From Amoebidium appalachense (taxonomy: Eukaryota; Protista; Ichthyosporea), in the NCBI GenBank assembly GCA_963693365.1, contig CAVNZM010000003.1, positions 5,584,499 through 5,648,498 on the forward strand: a stretch of 64,000 nt of DNA, in the 5' to 3' direction. Both the position numbers and the translations under genes were made by a program. Position 1 is the first letter of the stretch. Each line of letters begins with the position of its first letter. Of the stretch, positions 58,407 through 64,000 are shown in pieces. The notes under the pieces were generated by a model. That model ran no database searches and was not told where the DNA came from. It was given only the letters and a program-made list of their open reading frames with translations.

Positions 58407-61400
58407 GTGTCTGTGTGCGTGTGTGCGTGCGTGTGTGTGTGTGTGTGTCCATGTGTGCGTGTGGGTCTGTCCATGTGTGTCTGTGTGCGTGTGCTCCTGT
58501 GTCTGCGCATGTGTCTGTATGTCTCTCTGTGTGTGCATCTGTCTTTGTATAGGTGAATAGATGGAGAAAAAGGGGGGAGGGGGAGAAGACAGAGGGGAAG
58601 GGACGGAAGGGGAGAAGGGGAGAAGGGGGGGGGGGGGGGGGGGTTCAACTAAGAAAAAAAGAGGGTGTACAAGGTGTAAAACCCCACCTGGAGGGAATTT
58701 TCTCAACTCCTCCTTAGCACGTGCACTAGCAAAGCTCCCATGGCACGCCGCCTTTTTCTCCCACGTGTACGCACTGTGCAGGCCCACGGCACTAACTGGC
58801 TCACTAATGTCGTTCTGGAGTATTCCCTCGGCAAGGGGGTAGCCGTCACGGTTGACTAGGCCGTGCTTGGTGGCTGTATGAAGAGCGGGGAAGAGGGGGG
58901 AGGGGAAGGGGGGGGGGGGGGGGGGGTTGAGAGGAGGTTGATGGGAAGTTCTGGGGGGGAGGGGAGGGGGGTTAGGGGGAGAGGGGGTTAGAATGGGTTT
59001 AAGATTACGAGTAGGGGGATGGGGGGGGGGGGGATGCGGAGTGGGGGGAGGTTGGGGAGGAAGGGAAAGTGGGGGAGGGGAGGTTGAATTTGGTGCATTC
59101 TGAAGAGCCGGGGGGGGGGGGGGGAGGGGGAGGGGGGAGAGGGGGGGGGGAGGGAAAAGGAGTGGAGGGGAGGGGGGAGGGGGGGGGGGGGGGGGGGGAG
59201 GGTGAGGAGGGGAAAGGGAATGGTGGTGGTGGTGGGGGGGGGGGGGGGGGGGGGGGGATGGGCTAGAATATGCTACAGAGTACGAGTATGCAATTGCGAC
59301 TGAAAACATACTGCAGGGAGGGTGGAGTGGATGAGCACCCGCAAGGGCCGGTGGGGGGGAGGGGTGGGGGGGGAGACGAAGGTATGTGGGGAGGGGAAGC
59401 TGGAGGCAGGGAGAGGTGGAGAAAAGGAGAGAAAGGGGGAAGGGATTGAGGAGCAATTGGGGGGGGGGGGGGGGGGGGGGGGGGGAGGGGGGGGCAGTCG
59501 ATGGTTGGGCGCTCCCGGAGAGGGGGGGGGGGGGGGGAGGGGGAGGGGGACGGGGGGAGGGGGGGGGGGGGGGGGGGAGGGACGTGAAATATAGCAAGTT
59601 CAGGGAACAGAATTGGACAAAAAAGAGCAGGAACCAGAAACAATGAAAACCCTGACACCCTTCCTTGCCACTGCCCTCCCCCCCCCCTCCCCCCCACCTC
59701 ACCTCCCCCAAAAATCGCTTTCCCCCCTTGGAATGCTTTCTATCCACCCTCCCCTCTTCCTCAACCAGGCATATAGGCCTAGGCATTAGCTTACATTTTA
59801 CCCCCCCCCCCCCCCCCCCCCCCTCACCCCCTCCCCCCCGGAGACAAAAGGGAAAAAAGGCAAGGAAAGCGAAGGGAACAAAGAAAATAAGAGAGCAAGG
59901 AAAAAAGAAAGGAAGTAAAGAGACAACACAACTGCACCTCCCCAATAAGCGCCCAATTTCAAAAAATGTTCCCCTTTACACCGCCCTTGTTGCCTTCACT
60001 TCACCACCGCTCATTCATTCACTTTTCCCAATCCTCCCCCCCCCCCCCCCCTCCCGCCCCCTCCCCCCTCCCCCTGCAGCGCAGAAAAGTGCCCACACAC
60101 ACGCGCACGCAAATATCTTCGGTCTTGCACAAATTGCTACTCTCCTCCCCTCTGCCCCCCCCCCCCCCCCCCCCTCCGTCCCCCCCTCCCACCAAAAAAG
60201 AAAGATCCACGGCTGAATGCCTCCCCTTCCCCCTCCCTCCCCCCCCCTTGCTACTTGCCACCCATCCCCTCGCACCTAAACACACACACACATACACACG
60301 AACCACTCTCCTTAGTATATCTCCCCCCTCTCCCCCCCATCCCCCACCCACACCCTCACCCCTCCCCTCCCCCTTTCCCCCCCCCCCTCAACCCCCCGCC
60401 CCACCCACCCACCCCCCGCCCTTCCCCTCCCCCCCCCCCCCCCCCCCCCACACACGCACACACACCCAGACACACACACATACCCTCTGCATCCTGCACT
60501 ATCTGGTGCAGGTCTCCCACCAGCCCGGTCAGTGCGTTGAGGTCTCCTTTAACTGCTGTCGTGTTGTCTTCCAGGTCTGCTTTAAGCCGTACAGGATCCG
60601 TGGTGCTTGTGAGCTCCCTACAGGTATTGGTATGGGATGCGGGTGAAACTGGTGAGCGGATGAGCGAAAAATACGCTCGTCCAAGTTTCTTGTGCCGAAT
60701 CACCTAGTTCTAAGTGAGTCTAGACCAAACAAAGACACGAACAACAAACATGTGCTACGAAAACGAAGCAAACAAAAATGAAAAAATGTAGCAGTGTCAA
60801 GAAAACGAAGAGGGTGGGCAACGAGAGGAGGAGGGGGGGAAGGGGGGGGAGGGGGGAGGGGAGGAGGGGGGACACCAGAAGTCACAAGACCGAAATCCAC
60901 CGAATTTCAAACCACATGCATCATAAAACACTTGAGCAGAGCTCATCATTTGAAAATAGCCGGGCTTCCACAAAAAGCACGTGTCTCTCCTGTCTCTTGT
61001 GCGCAGGCGGAGGGAAGGGGGCGGAAAGGGGGAGGGGGAGGGGGGAAGGGGGTGGAGAGGGCAGGGTGAAAGAGCGAGAAAGAGGGGGGGGGGGGGGGGG
61101 GGGGAGGGAGGGAGAAGAGAGAGTGAGAGAAAGAGGGGGCGGGAAGGGGAAAGAGGGGGAGGGAGGGGGGGGGGGGGGGGGAGAGAGAGCGAGAGGCGGG
61201 GGGGGGGGGGGGGGGAGAGAGAGAGGGAGGGAGGGAGGGAGGGAGGGAGGGAGGGAAGGAAGGAAGGAGAGAGGGGGGAAGGGAGGGAGGGAGGGAGGGA
61301 GGGAGGGAGGGAGGGGGGCATAGAAATAGAGTGTGTTTCAGAGCCAAATAATAAGGGAAGGGGAGTTACCTAAAGGTTCTTGGTACACCAGCACGCAGGG

Positions 61401-61473
61401 AATTTATCAAGTGTAGGGCTTGGTCAAGCTTGAGCAGTGACGCTAGAAGCTTGTCCTCCGCAGAGGGCCCATC
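53219..61473 (-). CDS. MED27: Mediator complex subunit 27, multi-exon
   Basis: Exon peptides LDQALHLINSLRAGVPRTF, LEDNTTAVKGDLNAL, LHSAYTWEKKAACH, MNVWSEPTHIVFQRVTHLANAALLHF, WLHSYHNLFTAKCTACGRHL and LPPTYRDF...YHPRC follow the motif order of animal MED27. Confidence 0.88.
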
Positions 61474-62789
61474 GTTGTGTGTGTCGACCATTCTGATGTT
61501 TTGAATGCTAAAATACCGCCAAGAATGAATCGGTCACGTGGTGGTAAGGTGAACAGCGCAAAAGAAAACCCTATATCTAAGGTAAGACGTTACTCCCCCT
61601 GAATCGATAAACTCAACCGTGCTCACCCCCCTCCTTGCCAACTACAGGTGTTTTTCTGTCCCACCAACGTTCGTCAGGACATGCTATGATTGCGCCCATA
61701 TTTTTGCGTTAAAGTTTGAAACAGCCAATCAAAAAGCTTGACGTTTATGATTGGGCGTCAGAATGCGCTGGAATGCAGATCTGGGGATCGGCTCTTCGAG
61801 AAGTTCGTAGAATTCTGGAACGACCAGGTGAGAGAGATGCTGAAAGCCTCTTCTTATGTATAAATAAAATATTAATGTTGAACATAGCCGCTCATTGAAG
61901 TTGTGTGAAAATTATAATGCATATTTCTATGCCGAAAGGCTAGAGTTTGAGTATGCGCAGCATCGACCTTTTGGAACGACCATTCCACAAAAACAACTGC
62001 CAAATTGGGAAAAGAATTTGTGCGGATAAACAATTGGATGCTCGGTGGAGCCTCAGATCTTAGAGGGCTAGAAAATCATACACATATAGTAGCGCAATAT
62101 TTCATAAATGGGCAGAAAAGCATGAAATATAGCTATTAAAAAGTTAATGATGCATGTAAGGCCATTTGAAAAGACTTTTTCTTATTAATGCTGCAAAAAA
62201 AATGAAGATTCAACTTGTATGTGGAGGAAGCTGAATGTTTTTATTGGCTCTCAATCACTTGCTGCCGGTGACCGGTTTTACACAACACACAGAGACCGCG
62301 ACAATCGAATTTATAGTAAAACGAAGGCATCATAATTTGTTTTCCTAGGAACTCAGTATAGCCATACACAGGGGAGGCTGGGATGCACAAGTTACAGTAG
62401 CAATAGAGCATGAGCGTGACTACAATAAGTTTCTGAGACTGTTTGTGAGAGTGTCTTCCTGCTGCTAGCGTTGAATCTTGAGCTTGTTTCTCGTTTTTCG
62501 ATTCGGAGCGAGTCACTGAAAAGTAACTCTCGTATGGGCTTGGACATTTCCGGAAAGCAACGCATTTGCTAGCTACAAAAGGGATATCTGAGGTGAGATT
62601 TAGTCCGGCGTGGTTCCTTCCTCTTAATGTTGCCCAAAGCCAGCAGCTTTTCGGCTCCTCGTTGCATGGGTGTGGCATAGATTCAAATTTATGGGCTAAG
62701 CCGGGCGAAGTATGCAGAAACGAGGCACTTGTATTATTTCTGTGTTACGCGCACACAAACTAATTGGAAACATTACAGAACTCAAGGCC

Positions 62790-63561
62790 ATGTCTATTAC
62801 GCTGTCTGCTGCCGCTGCCGCTTCAGCAGCGCAAAAATGCTCAGGTATTCTTCCTCTCTCCTCTTGCCTGTTGTTAGTGTTGGAGTTCTGACTTCGAGGG
62901 TTTGGTATCCGTCAAGGCCTCCCTGATTCTTCTTTTTCTATTTCCACTGCGCTTGGTTATATCGTTTTTCCATACATATTCCCCCGCTCCCCTCCCCTTC
63001 CCCCCCTCCCCCCGCGCTTGCCCGCCTGGGCAAGGCAAACATCCACCCACCTTCCCCTGGGCATTTCTCACTACTTCTGCCTTTCCAGATCTCGTAATCC
63101 CACATTCACGGTCCACTATTTATACCAACTAGCTTTCCGTCCGTGGTAAGCACACTCACAGATATGACGGTTGTCGTTTTTTGACCTTTCTTTGTCCACT
63201 TCTTAGTTCTTGGATCTCCGTTCTAGAGCACCAATTTGAGGTGCAATTTATCTGGAAGTGCTTGGGATCTCCCCCCTAGGGCTACCAATCAAGCGATGTG
63301 TCGCACCTGCTTGTGGATATCTCTCTTGAAGCCAACACTTAGTCCTTTGTAGACTCACAATACAGTCAGGAATCTCCGGCCTTGTTGATGTTTGACCTGT
63401 TTTTTCTGGCATCAGGACTACTTGGCTTGTTGGCGCCGATTGCACGCTACTCCACTGCTGCAGCCAGCACCAGACGGCACGGTGACCTGAAGGATGAGGA
63501 CCGTGTGTTCACAAACCTCTACGGCCGCCATGGCAGCGACCTGAAGAGCGCAATCAGGAGG
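62790..63561 (+). CDS. NDUFV1: NADH dehydrogenase flavoprotein 1 (51 kDa), first two exons (62790-62844, 63416-63561); continues beyond
   Basis: GDLKDEDRVFTNLYGRH signature after a presequence-like N-terminus; phase-1 GT-AG intron. Confidence 0.9.
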
Positions 63562-63624
63562 GTATGTGAATGGTTGGTAGATGTCTTGTGTTTACTTTGG
63601 AAAGGGTCGGTTGTGTGTGTGTGT

Positions 63625-63662
<38 letters not shown>

Positions 63663-64000
63663 CGGGATCAGCACTATTTTTTTGTTTGGGAGGGGGGAGG
63701 GGGGGGGGGGGGGGGGGGAGGGCACACATGGAAGACTTTGGTGGTGTCAGGAGGCTGAAAGTTTCTATAATATTTGATGGGGTTTTGATGATAGGTGAGT
63801 AGTGCAAGGGGGGAAGGGGGGGGGGGGGGGGGGGAGGGGGGGGGGAAGGCGAGGGGTTAAGTGTGGGACAGAGGGTCGGTGGGGAAGGTTTGTCCGGCAG
63901 CTGTTTAATATTTGTATAGAAATCAACCCGAGGAAGAAGGACGACTTTTTGGTGTCTATGTTTTTGTATGATGGGGCAGGACATACAGGACTTGAGGAGG

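Overview
Eukaryotic genomic window with two sharply different compartments. (1) About 1-19.8 kb is gene-dense, intronless and almost free of microsatellites, and looks like the right end of an endogenous large DNA virus (NCLDV-like). It carries Fic, patatin, a PD-(D/E)XK nuclease, two C2H2 zinc-finger genes, a D5-like SF3 helicase and a truncated paralog. It also holds a 5.3-kb cassette bracketed by inverted 92/93-bp tandem arrays with a TTAGGG-containing array at its centre, three iteron-like motif clusters, and finally a 388-bp GC-rich near-perfect palindrome. About 19.8-22.8 kb is a junction zone of decayed DNA transposons: a Harbinger/ISL2EU-like fragment and a frameshifted replitron-type HUH endonuclease. 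(2) About 23-64 kb is host DNA whose introns are full of (CA)n, (GA)n and poly-G/C runs. It contains SH3YL1/YSC84, LTA4H, two near-identical secreted Cys-rich genes flanking an apparently intact non-LTR retrotransposon, MED27 and the start of NDUFV1. A holozoan protist host (e.g. an ichthyosporean) is only an inference. All calls come from reading motifs by eye; no database search was run.
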